NCBI GenBank assembly: GCA_902525035.1
Contig: CABZFN010000003.1
Span: 70,395 to 134,394, forward strand
Direction: 5' to 3'
Length of the DNA stretch: 64,000 nucleotides
DNA from: an uncultured Alphaproteobacteria bacterium
GTDB taxonomy: Bacteria > Pseudomonadota > Alphaproteobacteria > HIMB59 > GCA-002718135
Positions within the stretch are counted from its first letter, which is position 1; each line of letters opens with the position of its first letter. The translations under genes were made by a program, and so were the position numbers. The notes beneath the pieces are model-generated. The model worked only from the letters and a program-made list of their open reading frames with translations, ran no database searches and was not told the DNA's origin. This document shows positions 22,045 to 32,748 of the stretch, one piece after another.

Positions 22045-22143
22045 ATATGCTATTAAAAAAATTATTAATATATGTTTTTACCATTTTTTTAAGTTTTTTC
22101 TAATTCCAACAAAAATTTGTCAAGAATAAGAAATAATTGTTAT

Positions 22144-22680
22144 ATGTATGATCTAACTAAGATTAAAAAGAGAAATATTTGTATTATGGGGCTAATGGGC
22201 TCAGGTAAATCCATAATTGGCAAAGATTTAAGCAAACATCTTAAATTAAAATTCTATGATACTGATAAAGAAATTGAACTGAAAACTAAAAAAAGTATTA
22301 GTACAATTTTTGAAGAAAAAGGAGAGTCATATTTTAGGAATATTGAAGAACAGATTTGTACTGAATTATTAACTGAAGATAATTGTGTGATATCCTTAGG
22401 GGGTGGAAGTATAATAAACCGAGAGATTAGAAAAGTAATTAAACGAAATTCTTTTTCAATTTATTTACATGTTACGTTGAATAATTTAGTAAATAGACTT
22501 AAATCTTCAAATAAAAGACCTTTATTAAATAAAACTTTTAACAGAAGTAAAACTCTAGAAAATATTTATAAGGATAGACGAAAATTTTATGAAAAAGCTG
22601 ATTTTATCGTAAATAATAATGATAATAAATTTAATACATTAGAAATAATTAAATCTGAACTTAGGTTATATGAAAACTAA
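22144..22680 (+). CDS. aroK: shikimate kinase
   Basis: KKRNICIMGLMGSGKS aligns with the EKRNIFLVGPMGAGKS N-terminus of AroK. I prefer the ATG at 22144 over the track's TTG at 22117. Confidence 0.85.
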   Translation: MYDLTKIKKRNICIMGLMGSGKSIIGKDLSKHLKLKFYDTDKEIELKTKKSISTIFEEKGESYFRNIEEQICTELLTEDNCVISLGGGSIINREIRKVIKRNSFSIYLHVTLNNLVNRLKSSNKRPLLNKTFNRSKTLENIYKDRRKFYEKADFIVNNNDNKFNTLEIIKSELRLYEN

Positions 22681-23737
22681 ATTAGTTATTAATAATAAAA
22701 AGTTAAAAACTTCAATATTAATTAAAAAAAATTATATTTCTAAATTTATTGAAGTCATTTCGAAAAAAAATGAGAGGGTATTTTGTATTTTAGATTCAAA
22801 AATTAAAATTGATTTAGAATTTAGTAAACAAAAAAACATAAAAATTTTTACTATTCAATCTGGAGAGAACATAAAAACTTTTAATGGATACAAAAATCTA
22901 TCTGATAAACTTATTAAAAATAATGCGAATAGAAAATCTGTAGTTATTGCTATAGGAGGAGGTACTCTAGGTGATTTGGTTGGATTTGTTGCAAGTACTT
23001 TATTAAGAGGACTTGAGTTTTATCTTATACCTACAACACTTTTGTCTCAAGTAGATAGCTCAATTGGAGGCAAAAATGGAATCAATACTATTTATGGAAA
23101 AAATTTAATTGGAACCTTCTATCAACCAAAAAAAGTATTGATTGATATTTCTGTGTTAAATACTTTGTCAAAAAAAGAGATAAAATCAGGGTATGCAGAA
23201 ATTATAAAACATGCTTTGATTAAAGATTATTCTTTTTTTTGTTGGCTAGAAGAGAATACTAATAAACTACTTAATTTAGATAAATCTATATTGGAAAAAG
23301 CAATTTATAAATCAATAATGATTAAGCTTTTTTATGTTAAAAATGATGAAAAAGAATCTTTAATAAACAGCAAATCAAGAGCAATGTTAAATTTTGGACA
23401 TACAATTGGTCACGCTATTGAGAGTCACTATAAATACAAGAAATTTAATCATGGTGAAGCAATTTCTATAGGCATGATAGCTGAAGCAAAGATATCTAAT
23501 TATCTTGGTCTTTTATCCTCAAATGAATTGAGAAGAATAATTTCACATTTTAAAAAATATAGACTTAAAGTAAATGATAATATATTGAAGAATAAAATTA
23601 TAATAAAAAAAATAATTAAAGATAAGAAAAATTTTCAAAATACTATTAATTTCTCACTAATAGATAAAATTGGCAGTTCAATTTTTTATAAAAAATTAGA
23701 TAAGAGCAAAGTTTATAACATTTTACAAAATATATAA
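22670..23737 (+). CDS. aroB: 3-dehydroquinate synthase
   Basis: 355 aa. GGGTLGDLVGFVAS, DSSIGGKNGIN, NFGHTIGHAIE. 11-nt overlap with aroK. Confidence 0.9.
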   Translation: MKTKLVINNKKLKTSILIKKNYISKFIEVISKKNERVFCILDSKIKIDLEFSKQKNIKIFTIQSGENIKTFNGYKNLSDKLIKNNANRKSVVIAIGGGTLGDLVGFVASTLLRGLEFYLIPTTLLSQVDSSIGGKNGINTIYGKNLIGTFYQPKKVLIDISVLNTLSKKEIKSGYAEIIKHALIKDYSFFCWLEENTNKLLNLDKSILEKAIYKSIMIKLFYVKNDEKESLINSKSRAMLNFGHTIGHAIESHYKYKKFNHGEAISIGMIAEAKISNYLGLLSSNELRRIISHFKKYRLKVNDNILKNKIIIKKIIKDKKNFQNTINFSLIDKIGSSIFYKKLDKSKVYNILQNI

Positions 23738-24985
23738 ATGACAAGTATATTTCTTCTTTTCTTACTTATTTTCCTTATAGTTTTATCAGGGTTTTTATCA
23801 GGGTCTGAAACTGCAATAACTGCAACTTCTAAAGCAAGAATTCTTTATAAGAAAAAAAAGGGGAGTAAAAGAGCTAAATACGTGCTTGAATTACTAGATA
23901 AGAAAGACAATGTAATATCAACCTTACTTCTATCAAATAACTTAGTTAACATTCTAGCATCATCTCTGGCAACGGCATTTTTCTATGATCTTTTTGGTGT
24001 GGAGGGTATTTTTTATGCAACCCTACTAATGACAGTTGTAATTGTAATATTTGCTGAAGTTCTTCCTAAAACTTATGCAATTAATAGGCCAAACAGGACT
24101 GCATTATTAATTTCTCCTATTATTTATTATTTAAATAAAATTTTATTTATTTTTGTATTTGTAATTAATTTAATTGTTAGGTTAATTTTTAGAAAAAATG
24201 ATAATGATATAAAAAATAATGATCTCCAATCAGAAGAAGAATTAAAAGGTGTTATTGATCTTTATAAGACTTCAAATCCAGACTATGAACAAGAAAAGGA
24301 CATGCTCCAAAGTATACTACAACTTAACGATATAACAGTTGAAGAAATTTTTACTCATAGAAAAAATATTTACTCTATAGATTCTTCTTTAACTACAAAA
24401 GAAATCATAAATAAAATAAATAAATCTAGATATACACGTATTCCATTTTGGAAAGATAATCCTGAAAATATAATAGGTTTATTAAATGTTAGGACTTTAA
24501 ATATTGACTTAAAAAATCATAATGAATCCAAGGAAATTATTTTTGATAAAATCTCTAATCCATGGTTTGTTCCTGAAACTACAAACCTATTAGAACAATT
24601 AGTTGAATTTAAAAAAAGAAAAGAACACTTGGCATTTGTTGTAGATGAATTTGGTGAACTACTTGGGTTAATTACATTAGAAGATATTATAGAAGAAATA
24701 GTAGGTGAAATTGTGGATGAAATTGATGTACCTGAAAATGATTTCAAGCTAAATAATTATGGAAAGGTTGTAATTAATGGAGAAAAAAATATTAGAGATT
24801 TATACAAAAGTTTTGATTTAGACCCACCAGAAATTGAGTCATCTACAATAGCTGGCTATATTTTAGATATGTCAAAAAAAATACCTTCATATGGAGAATT
24901 ATTTAAAGATAATTTTTTTACTTACAAAATTTTATCACATTCAAAAAAACAAATATCTAAGGTTGAAATTTCAAAAATCAATTAA
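23738..24985 (+). CDS. HlyC/CorC (CNNM) family transporter: DUF21 + CBS pair + CorC_HlyC
   Basis: 415 aa. N-terminal 4-TM DUF21 (SGSETAITA), CBS region, then C-terminal GYILD...P..GE. Confidence 0.85.
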   Translation: MTSIFLLFLLIFLIVLSGFLSGSETAITATSKARILYKKKKGSKRAKYVLELLDKKDNVISTLLLSNNLVNILASSLATAFFYDLFGVEGIFYATLLMTVVIVIFAEVLPKTYAINRPNRTALLISPIIYYLNKILFIFVFVINLIVRLIFRKNDNDIKNNDLQSEEELKGVIDLYKTSNPDYEQEKDMLQSILQLNDITVEEIFTHRKNIYSIDSSLTTKEIINKINKSRYTRIPFWKDNPENIIGLLNVRTLNIDLKNHNESKEIIFDKISNPWFVPETTNLLEQLVEFKKRKEHLAFVVDEFGELLGLITLEDIIEEIVGEIVDEIDVPENDFKLNNYGKVVINGEKNIRDLYKSFDLDPPEIESSTIAGYILDMSKKIPSYGELFKDNFFTYKILSHSKKQISKVEISKIN

Positions 24986-25232
24986 TTTTAATTTCTAAAG
25001 AATGTAGACTACTTTTAAATTCTTCTTCAAGTAAACTATTGATAATCCTATGAATATTTAATCTATTAAATGTGCAATTATCTTTTTTCGTCAAGATGAT
25101 CTTAATATGAGTTTCGTCACTGCCGGTAAAATTATTGTGCCCTTTATGCAAATTTGAATTGTCAATAATTTCTAATAAAAAATTATCAAATTTATTTGAT
25201 AATATTTTATCAATTCTTTGCTTACGATTCAT
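24978..25232 (-). CDS. bolA: BolA family protein
   Basis: 84 aa. NLHKGH motif with FNRLNIHRIIN. Confidence 0.85.
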   Translation of the reverse strand: MNRKQRIDKILSNKFDNFLLEIIDNSNLHKGHNNFTGSDETHIKIILTKKDNCTFNRLNIHRIINSLLEEEFKSSLHSLEIKIN

Positions 25233-25255
25233 TATTTTTAAACTATATATTACTT

Positions 25256-25843
25256 GTGGGTAAACATAAAATAGATATTAATAAAAATACTCTATCTTGG
25301 GAAAAAACTTTTTTTAGGAAATGTGACAAGAATGATTGTAATAATGAAGGTAAGTTTAAAGCACCGAAATCAAGAGTTTTGTTAAATCAATATTATTATT
25401 TTTGCATGGAACATATTAAGGAATACAACAAATCATGGGATTTTTATAAAGGATTATCTGTTAATGAAATTGAGAATTCAATGAGAGAAGATATCATTTG
25501 GAACAGGCCATCATGGCCATTAAAGGGGAATTATCACAAAGTCATGGATCAAATTAACAATTTTTTTAATGAAGAAATGAATGATTTAAATCCAAATGAA
25601 AGAGATAACAATTACTTCAGAAATAAGCTGGTTGATGAAAATCTTACAAAAGAAGAAAATAAAGCTCTATCGTTATTCAATCTAGATCTTCCTTTGACAT
25701 TGGATAAAATTAAAAAAACTTACAAAAAACTAGTGAAAATATTTCACCCTGATGTAAATGGTAACGATAAAAAAGCAGAAGAAAAGTTTAAAGAAATAAA
25801 TAACTCATACAGAATACTTTTAAAAAAATTTAAAAATGACTAA
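25256..25843 (+). CDS. J-domain protein with N-terminal Cys-rich region
   Basis: C-terminal J domain KKTYKKLVKIFHPDVNGNDKKAEEKFKEINNSYRILL (HPD). N-terminal C..C...FC..H region. No ATG is available. The TTG at 25196 would overlap the bolA 5' end by 37 nt, so I prefer the GTG at 25256. Confidence 0.65.
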   Translation: MGKHKIDINKNTLSWEKTFFRKCDKNDCNNEGKFKAPKSRVLLNQYYYFCMEHIKEYNKSWDFYKGLSVNEIENSMREDIIWNRPSWPLKGNYHKVMDQINNFFNEEMNDLNPNERDNNYFRNKLVDENLTKEENKALSLFNLDLPLTLDKIKKTYKKLVKIFHPDVNGNDKKAEEKFKEINNSYRILLKKFKND

Positions 25844-26819
25844 TAAAAAAAATATAGAGATCTCACCAAGCATCAAAATTGACCCCAAAGAATTATTTGG
25901 TGTTTCCTGTGAGTTTGATATTTATAAATTTAAAGAAAAGAGTGAACATGTCCCGGAAATAGATCAAACATATATTTTTGATCCAGCTACAACTCTTTCA
26001 ATACTTGCTGGATTTTCTTCTAATAGAAGAGTGCTGATTCAAGGATACCATGGTACTGGTAAATCTACTCATATCGAACAGGTAGCTGCTAGGCTTAATT
26101 GGCCATGTATAAGAATTAATCTAGACAGTCACATCAGCAGAATAGATTTGATCGGCAAAGACGCCATTATACTTCAAGATAATAAACAAGTGACTGAGTT
26201 CCAAGACGGCATACTTCCTTGGTCTTACAAAAATCCTGTAGCTTTAGTATTTGATGAATATGATGCAGGTAGACCTGATGTAATGTTTGTTATCCAGCGT
26301 ATTTTAGAATCTGAAGGTAAATTAACTCTACTAGACCAATCAAGAGTGATTAAACCTCACAAATACTTTAGGTTGTTTGCTACAGCAAATACTGTTGGAC
26401 TTGGTGACACATCTGGTTTGTATCATGGTACTCAACAAATAAACCAAGGACAAATGGATAGATGGAATATTGTTTCAACTTTGAATTACCTTAGTAATGA
26501 CCAAGAAATAAATATTATCTTGAGTAAAGTAAAAAAACTTAATAATAAGGATGGTAAAGACATTGTTAAATCTATGGTAGCTACTGCAGATCTTTCAAGA
26601 TCAGGATTTATTAATGGCGATATTTCAACTGTTATGAGCCCTAGAACTGTTTTGACTTGGGCAGAAAATTATCTCCTATTCGATGATATAGAATATTCTT
26701 TTAAACTATCTTTTTTAAATAGATGTGATGAAATGGAGAGGTCTATCTTACAGGAATATTTTCAAAGGTCGTTTGGAATAGATATTACTGATGCTAAGGT
26801 AGTTAATGTCAAAGAATAA
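25836..26819 (+). CDS. cobS: CobS-type AAA+ ATPase (MoxR-like; annotated 'cobaltochelatase subunit CobS' in relatives)
   Basis: 327 aa. Walker [10 protein letters not shown] and Walker B ALVFDEYD. Paired with a downstream vWA protein. Confidence 0.85.
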   Translation: MTNKKNIEISPSIKIDPKELFGVSCEFDIYKFKEKSEHVPEIDQTYIFDPATTLSILAGFSSNRRVLIQGYHGTGKSTHIEQVAARLNWPCIRINLDSHISRIDLIGKDAIILQDNKQVTEFQDGILPWSYKNPVALVFDEYDAGRPDVMFVIQRILESEGKLTLLDQSRVIKPHKYFRLFATANTVGLGDTSGLYHGTQQINQGQMDRWNIVSTLNYLSNDQEINIILSKVKKLNNKDGKDIVKSMVATADLSRSGFINGDISTVMSPRTVLTWAENYLLFDDIEYSFKLSFLNRCDEMERSILQEYFQRSFGIDITDAKVVNVKE

Positions 26820-28587
26820 TGAAATTATTGAAGATTTTAAAAAGTCTTTAAGTGCAACAATAAAATCTATAGGAAAAAAAGAGGATATAGAAATAAATTT
26901 TGTTAAAGAAAATTCCTCCATTATTGGTAACACTATAAACTTAACAGAACCAACAATTGAAAATTTTAATAATAATCTAGAATATTTAAGAGCTGAAGCG
27001 GACTCTTTTGCGCTTGAATTTAGATTACATTCAAAAGACATACATCGAAATTTCTTAAATAAAGATGAGTTGTCAAATGAGCTAATTAATGTTTTAGAAC
27101 TGGCTCGAGTAGAAGCTATTGGTAGTAGTGAATTCAAGGGAATACAAAAAAATTTAAAAAATAAGTATATTAGAGATCTTAAGATTGGAAATACAAAAAA
27201 AGACCAAAATTTATTAATAAAAGCTTTTAAAAACGTTGCATTTGAAGAAATTGTTGGAATAAATTTAGGAGATAGTAATAGTAGTTTTAAAAATATTGTA
27301 AAAGAAAAATTAAAAAAAAATTATTCAAATTTTTTTGAAGATTTAAAAAAATATCTACATGATCAGGAAAAATATACATCTACATTAGTTGAAAAATTAA
27401 ATGAACTTGGATTACTAAATAAAAGTGAAAACAATACCCAGACTGATGATATTAATCAAAACGATGAAGATCAAGAAAATGAAAATGAAAATAATGATGA
27501 TCAAAAAAATGATGAACAAACTGAGTCAAACATTGAAATGCAAACAAGCGAGACAACGGTTGAGCAGTCTGTCTCATTAGAAGAAAATGATGATATGGGA
27601 GAAGAAAGTGGGGATACAGAACTAGATTATTTGCAAGATAAAAAAATTTTTGAAAGTTCAGAAAGTTATAAAGTTTATGATTATAATTTTGATGAGATTA
27701 TTAATGCTGAAGAGCTTTGTGATATTAAAGAGTTAGAAAAACTAAGAAGAAATCTTGATCAACAAGTGTTTTCTTTTCAGCCATTAATTGTTAAAATTGC
27801 CAACAGACTTCAAAGAAAACTTTTAGCACAGCAAAATCGTCATTGGGATTTTAATATGGAAGAGGGTTTTCTTGATACATCAAGATTAGCTAAAATAATT
27901 GCTAATCCAAATAACAAATTGAGCTACAAAATAGAAAGGGAAATTGAATTTAAAGATACTATTGTTAGCCTTCTAATTGATAATTCTGGTTCAATGAGAG
28001 GCAGACCAATTACTGTTGCAGCACTGTGTTCAGATATTTTGGCAAAAACATTGGAAAGATGCTTGATTAAATCTGAAATATTAGGATTCACAACAAAAGC
28101 TTGGAAGGGAGGTAACTCAAGAGAAAAATGGATTAAAAATGGAAAGCCTTCTAATCCGGGAAGGTTAAATGATCTAAGACATATTATCTATAAATCTGCA
28201 GACTCACCATGGAGGAGATCAAAGAAAAATTTGGGATTATTATTAAAAGAGGGAATTTTGAAAGAAAACGTCGACGGAGAAGCTTTATCATGGGCATATA
28301 ATAGATTATCTATTCGAAAGGAAAAAAGAAAAATTCTTATTGTTATAAGTGATGGTGCACCGGTTGATGATTCAACACTTTCTGTAAATCCAGGAAATTA
28401 TTTAGAAAAAAGTTTGAGAGATACAATTGGTGAAATTGAAAAAAAGGATGAAGTTGAATTAATTGCTATAGGAATTGGGCATGATGTTTCAAGATACTAT
28501 AGTAAGGCTGTAACAATAATGGATGTCGATCAGTTAGGTGAGGTATTACTGAATCAATTATCTACTACTTTTCATTTAGATAATTAA
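26806..28587 (+). CDS. cobT: CobT-type von Willebrand factor A protein
   Basis: 593 aa. Central acidic low-complexity linker. C-terminal v[16 protein letters not shown] ... [10 protein letters not shown]. 14-nt overlap with cobS. Confidence 0.85.
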   Translation: MSKNNEIIEDFKKSLSATIKSIGKKEDIEINFVKENSSIIGNTINLTEPTIENFNNNLEYLRAEADSFALEFRLHSKDIHRNFLNKDELSNELINVLELARVEAIGSSEFKGIQKNLKNKYIRDLKIGNTKKDQNLLIKAFKNVAFEEIVGINLGDSNSSFKNIVKEKLKKNYSNFFEDLKKYLHDQEKYTSTLVEKLNELGLLNKSENNTQTDDINQNDEDQENENENNDDQKNDEQTESNIEMQTSETTVEQSVSLEENDDMGEESGDTELDYLQDKKIFESSESYKVYDYNFDEIINAEELCDIKELEKLRRNLDQQVFSFQPLIVKIANRLQRKLLAQQNRHWDFNMEEGFLDTSRLAKIIANPNNKLSYKIEREIEFKDTIVSLLIDNSGSMRGRPITVAALCSDILAKTLERCLIKSEILGFTTKAWKGGNSREKWIKNGKPSNPGRLNDLRHIIYKSADSPWRRSKKNLGLLLKEGILKENVDGEALSWAYNRLSIRKEKRKILIVISDGAPVDDSTLSVNPGNYLEKSLRDTIGEIEKKDEVELIAIGIGHDVSRYYSKAVTIMDVDQLGEVLLNQLSTTFHLDN

Positions 28588-29798
28588 GAATTTAACCATT
28601 TCTTTTTTGCATTATCAAAATCATTATTCTCAATTGAATTTCTAATTTCCTTCATAAGATTATTCATAAAATATATATTATGATTAGTCAGAAGTTGTAA
28701 CCCTAGTAATTCTTGTGCAGAAAAAAGATGATATAAATATGCCAGAGTAAAGTTCTTACAAGTATAGCAATTACATTCTTCATCTATTGGTTTTAAATTA
28801 TTTTTATATTTAACATTTTTTAAGTTTATTTTTCCCTGTTTACCTTTTACTAAAGCTGATCCATGTCTGGCAATTCTTGTTGGGTTTACACAATCAAAAG
28901 TATCGATTCCATGTGCAACAAAATCCCATATATCCCTTGGATCGCCAATACCTAATAAATGTACTGGACGAGTATTATCTAATTTAGAAGAAGTAAAATG
29001 AACTATATCTTTCATTTCATCTTTATTTGATCCTAAACTTCCACCAATAGCAATCCCAAAAGTGTTGACTTTTTTTGTGTTAAATTCAATGCTTTCTTCT
29101 CTTAAATCTCTATAAATCCCTCCTTGAATAATCCCATACATTTCTTGTCTACCAGCTGAGCCATTTTTAGGATTATAATTAAGTTTAGAGTTAAATGCAT
29201 TGATGGATCTTAAAGACCATCTATGACTTCTTAACATAGATTCAGATGTATATGTTTTATCTACATTATAAGGAGTGCATTCATCAAATACTAAGATGAA
29301 ATCTGCTCCAAGATTTCTTTGAACCTCTATTGATTTTTCAGGAGATAACATATGAGTAGAACCATCTATATAAGACTTGAACAATGCGCCCTCTTCATTC
29401 AAATTTATTAATGTTTTTTTATTTTTTGAATTTGTTTTTCGTCCTTTTATTTCATCAGCAACTGAGCCATGTCCAAGAGAAAAAATTTGAAATCCACCAC
29501 TATCTGTTAACATAGGTCCATTCCAACCCGTAAATTTATGAAGACCTCCATGTTGAGCTATTAGTTCACTACCTGGCTGAAGCATTAAATGGTATGTATT
29601 GGATAGTATAATTTGTGTATTATTTTTTTTTGCTTCAAGAGTAGAAAAAGATTTTAGTGCAGCTTTTGTTGCACAAAAAATAAATGCTGGAGTTTCAATA
29701 TCACCATGTGGTGTAGAAATTTTTCCTGTTCTTGCTTTATCATTTATATTTGTTTTCTTAACTTTCCAAGAAAAGTTATTCATTAGTTTTTGGGACAA
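28584..29798 (-). CDS. tgt: queuine/preQ1 tRNA-ribosyltransferase
   Basis: 404 aa. [19 protein letters not shown], and the zinc site CNCYTC ... H. Confidence 0.92.
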   Translation of the reverse strand: MSQKLMNNFSWKVKKTNINDKARTGKISTPHGDIETPAFIFCATKAALKSFSTLEAKKNNTQIILSNTYHLMLQPGSELIAQHGGLHKFTGWNGPMLTDSGGFQIFSLGHGSVADEIKGRKTNSKNKKTLINLNEEGALFKSYIDGSTHMLSPEKSIEVQRNLGADFILVFDECTPYNVDKTYTSESMLRSHRWSLRSINAFNSKLNYNPKNGSAGRQEMYGIIQGGIYRDLREESIEFNTKKVNTFGIAIGGSLGSNKDEMKDIVHFTSSKLDNTRPVHLLGIGDPRDIWDFVAHGIDTFDCVNPTRIARHGSALVKGKQGKINLKNVKYKNNLKPIDEECNCYTCKNFTLAYLYHLFSAQELLGLQLLTNHNIYFMNNLMKEIRNSIENNDFDNAKKKWLNS

Positions 29799-30516
29799 AA
29801 AACTTAGCTATATAAATAAAAGGAGTGTCAAGTAGGGCTATAAATATTCTAAGAAGATAAGTTCCTAAAATATAAATCATTATGACATTATACACACTTA
29901 CTGGTTCAGGATTTAATAAGATCCAAGCAAAAATACTAAAGACAGTGTTATCAACCAAAGAGGAGATAATTGTAGATAAATTGTTTCTTAACCAGAGAGA
30001 CTTGCCTAATATAGCTTGTTTCAAATAGTTATAGAACCAAACATCAAAATATTGGCTTATTAAATATGCTATCATACTAGCTATGAAAAATCTTGTCATA
30101 GGAGTAAATACATTTGATAAACTCTCTTGTACCCAATCTGCATCTGATGGTTGAAAACCAATAGTAATTACCATTAACAAAGTCATAAATAAGAATGCAC
30201 TGAAACCGATTAAAATGTTAATTCTAGCTTTTTCCTTGCCATAATATTCAGATAAAATATCAGTACATAAAAATGTTGATGCAAAAAGAATAGTTCCTAA
30301 TGCTACCGGTTCGGGTGAATAAAAAAAGTCTACTGTTTTTAAAACTTGAATATTTCCTGCAATTACAGCTAGAGCAGAGTAGATAAAAATTCCTATATAT
30401 CCAAATATTCTTAAAAAAATAAGAATAGAAATAAAACAAAAAAGTAGCATTATGAACCACATTAGTTCAGTGCTGAGGGTATTAAGTATTGTTGTTAATT
30501 CAAAGAAAAATCCCAT
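29776..30516 (-). CDS. yhhQ: queuosine-precursor transporter (YhhQ/DUF165, VUT family)
   Basis: 246 aa, about 6 TM. Conserved LVDNTVFSIFAW-type motif near the C-terminus. Sits directly upstream of tgt, and the two genes overlap. Confidence 0.8.
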   Translation of the reverse strand: MGFFFELTTILNTLSTELMWFIMLLFCFISILIFLRIFGYIGIFIYSALAVIAGNIQVLKTVDFFYSPEPVALGTILFASTFLCTDILSEYYGKEKARINILIGFSAFLFMTLLMVITIGFQPSDADWVQESLSNVFTPMTRFFIASMIAYLISQYFDVWFYNYLKQAILGKSLWLRNNLSTIISSLVDNTVFSIFAWILLNPEPVSVYNVIMIYILGTYLLRIFIALLDTPFIYIAKFFVPKTNE

Positions 30517-30524
30517 TACGAAAT

Positions 30525-30806
30525 TTAATTAGATTTTGAGAGAATAGTTTTTTTTAATTTTTTAGCTTTTAATGGTAATTTAGAATTAGGTGTATTAATT
30601 AGAAATTCATCTAAACCACCTTTTTTTTCAACTGTTCGAATTGTACTAACAGCAACTTTCAATTGAAATTTTTGACCTAAAACTTCACTAACAAAAGTTA
30701 TATTCTGAAGATTTGGTTTAAAACGTCTTTTTGTTCTATTTTTAGCATGACTAACGTTATTACCAGTTTGAAAGGATTTTCCAGTTAATTCACATCGCAT
30801 CGACAT
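30525..30806 (-). CDS. rpmB: 50S ribosomal protein L28
   Basis: RCELTGKSFQTGNNVSHAKNRTKRRFKPNLQ. Confidence 0.9.
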   Translation of the reverse strand: MSMRCELTGKSFQTGNNVSHAKNRTKRRFKPNLQNITFVSEVLGQKFQLKVAVSTIRTVEKKGGLDEFLINTPNSKLPLKAKKLKKTILSKSN

Positions 30807-30849
30807 ATTGAAGATGCATGTAAATATAAATATTACTTTGTCAAGTATT

Positions 30850-31686
30850 CTAAATAGTAAATTTATCTATGATATAAGTTGGGGTTATTTGATGATTTTT
30901 AATTAAATTATTTATTTTATTTAAATCTTTATGGATACCAGATTTAACTAAAACACTTTCTATTTCAAAATTATTAGCTCCTTGAATATCATGGAATAAT
31001 GAGTCTCCAATAGCTAATGTTCTTTTTTTTTCTAAATTAATTTTATTAGTGGTTTCAGCGTATATGCTTACATCAGGCTTACCTTTTATAATAACATTTC
31101 CACCCATTTTTTTGTATATTTCACCAATAGCACCCATACAAAAGACATTATTTTTACTGTTAGTTTCAACAGTTTCAAAGTCAGGGTTTGCACAATACAT
31201 TGTTATTTCTTTTTTATAAGCTACCTCTAATAATGGAATGTAGTCAATAGGCTCTAAATTAATAAAAGGAGTACAAGCTAATATTAAATCTGCTTCTTCT
31301 ATTTTTTCTACAAAATTAAAATTTAAACCATCTCTAAAATCTAGACCATCCTCTTTTTCTTCATCATAAATATGAAAACAATTTTTTCTATTTTTATCAT
31401 CCAAAAAATTTTTTTTAAGTAATTGCCAAATCATTTCTCCACTTGTCACTGTATTTATAAAAGAATTTTTTTTAAAACCAAGTTTTGGCAATCTATCTAT
31501 AGATGATTTTGATCTTTTTGATGAATTTGAAATTATAAACAAATTTTTATTATTATTATTAAGAATATTTATAGTATTAAAAGCATAATCGTATCCAAAT
31601 GCTCCATCATGCATTACGCCCCATTGATCAATTATAAAATTGTCATAATCAAAGATAATTTCTTCAATGGATTTGATTTCTTTCAC
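30850..31686 (-). CDS. HAD superfamily hydrolase, subfamily IIA (TIGR01459-like)
   Basis: 278 aa. Motif I is IIDQWGVMHDG, a variant of DxDGV. It also has ISNSSK and GDSLFHDIQGA. Confidence 0.75.
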   Translation of the reverse strand: MKEIKSIEEIIFDYDNFIIDQWGVMHDGAFGYDYAFNTINILNNNNKNLFIISNSSKRSKSSIDRLPKLGFKKNSFINTVTSGEMIWQLLKKNFLDDKNRKNCFHIYDEEKEDGLDFRDGLNFNFVEKIEEADLILACTPFINLEPIDYIPLLEVAYKKEITMYCANPDFETVETNSKNNVFCMGAIGEIYKKMGGNVIIKGKPDVSIYAETTNKINLEKKRTLAIGDSLFHDIQGANNFEIESVLVKSGIHKDLNKINNLIKNHQITPTYIIDKFTI

Positions 31687-31688
31687 TG

Positions 31689-32744
31689 CTATACTGATTT
31701 TCCAATAACTTCAGATATATTTTTATACCCATCTGTTTTAGTAAGGTCAATCAAGTCACTTTTCATTCTATTTATTAAATTTGGACCAGAATAAACTAAA
31801 GCTGTATATAATTGAACCAAAGAAGCACCGGATTTAATTTTTTCATAGCAGTCCTTTCCACTTGAAATACCCCCTACTCCTATTAGAGGTATTTGACCAT
31901 TTGTTAAATGATACATTTTTTTCAAAATTATATTTGATTTATCATACAGAGGCTTACCACTTAAACCGCCTTTTTTTCCTTTGTTTAAAGAAATTAAATT
32001 GCTCTCTCTTTTTATAGTGCTATTTGTAAGTATCAATCCATCTATGTTATTAGCTAAGGAAATTAAAGCTATATCTCTTAGTTGATCTTCATTTAAATCA
32101 GGTGAAATTTTAATTAATATTGGCTTGTTATTAATATTTTTTATTTCATCTCTTTTATCTATAATTTTTTTAATTAATTTTTCTATCTTTCCTCTCAATT
32201 GTAAATCCCTCAAACCTTCAGTATTTGGTGAAGATATATTTATAGTAATATAGCTTGCAAAATTGCCTAACTCTTCTAAACCCATTAGATAATCATCAAT
32301 AGCTTCACTTGAATTTTTATTTTTTCCAATATTAACTCCTACAATCTTATTATTTAAGTAAGATTTTTGATGTTTAATTAAATTTTTTTTTATTTTTTTA
32401 ATACCCTTATTATTAAAACCTAAACTATTGATGATGGCTTTATCTTCACTTAATCTAAATACTCTAGGTTTAGAATTACCACTTTGAGGTTGTGGAGTAA
32501 TTGTACCAACTTCAAGAAAACCAAAACCAAATGAAAACATGGAATGCATCACTTCAGCATTTTTGTCAAAACCTGCAGCGAGTCCAATAGGATTTGGAAA
32601 ATCTAAACCCATTAAATGTTGTGAAAGAATAGAGTCCTCAATATTTTTTTGTCTTAGTTTGAAATATTTTAAAAAATTTATTGTAATATTATGGGATAAC
32701 TCAGGAGGAAATAATCTTAATATTTTTAATGAACTATTGTACAA
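31689..32744 (-). CDS. pyrD: dihydroorotate dehydrogenase (quinone), class 2
   Basis: 351 aa. GLAAGFDKNAE, EVGTITP, NISSPNT, GVGGI. Confidence 0.92.
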   Translation of the reverse strand: MYNSSLKILRLFPPELSHNITINFLKYFKLRQKNIEDSILSQHLMGLDFPNPIGLAAGFDKNAEVMHSMFSFGFGFLEVGTITPQPQSGNSKPRVFRLSEDKAIINSLGFNNKGIKKIKKNLIKHQKSYLNNKIVGVNIGKNKNSSEAIDDYLMGLEELGNFASYITINISSPNTEGLRDLQLRGKIEKLIKKIIDKRDEIKNINNKPILIKISPDLNEDQLRDIALISLANNIDGLILTNSTIKRESNLISLNKGKKGGLSGKPLYDKSNIILKKMYHLTNGQIPLIGVGGISSGKDCYEKIKSGASLVQLYTALVYSGPNLINRMKSDLIDLTKTDGYKNISEVIGKSV

Positions 32745-32748
32745 TAAG

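Noticed and set aside
22117-22143. TTG-initiated N-terminal extension of aroK (MSRIRNNCY..)
   Set aside because: The extension adds 9 residues not seen in shikimate kinases. The ATG at 22144 places the P-loop at the usual distance from the N-terminus.
26748-27137. 129-aa minus-strand ORF across the cobS/cobT junction
   Set aside because: It is antisense to both genes, and the cobS/cobT reading frames carry clear Walker and vWA motifs. There is no supporting signal for the antisense frame.
27421-27620. Repetitive-looking Asp/Glu/Asn/Gln tract (..[22 protein letters not shown]..)
   Set aside because: This is not a DNA tandem repeat or an array. It is the acidic low-complexity linker commonly found between the N-terminal and vWA domains of CobT-type proteins.
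25836-28587. Reading cobS/cobT as evidence for cobalamin biosynthesis
   Set aside because: No cobN or other corrin-pathway gene accompanies them in the window. The pair is known to persist in lineages without the pathway, so I report it as an orphan AAA+/vWA module instead.
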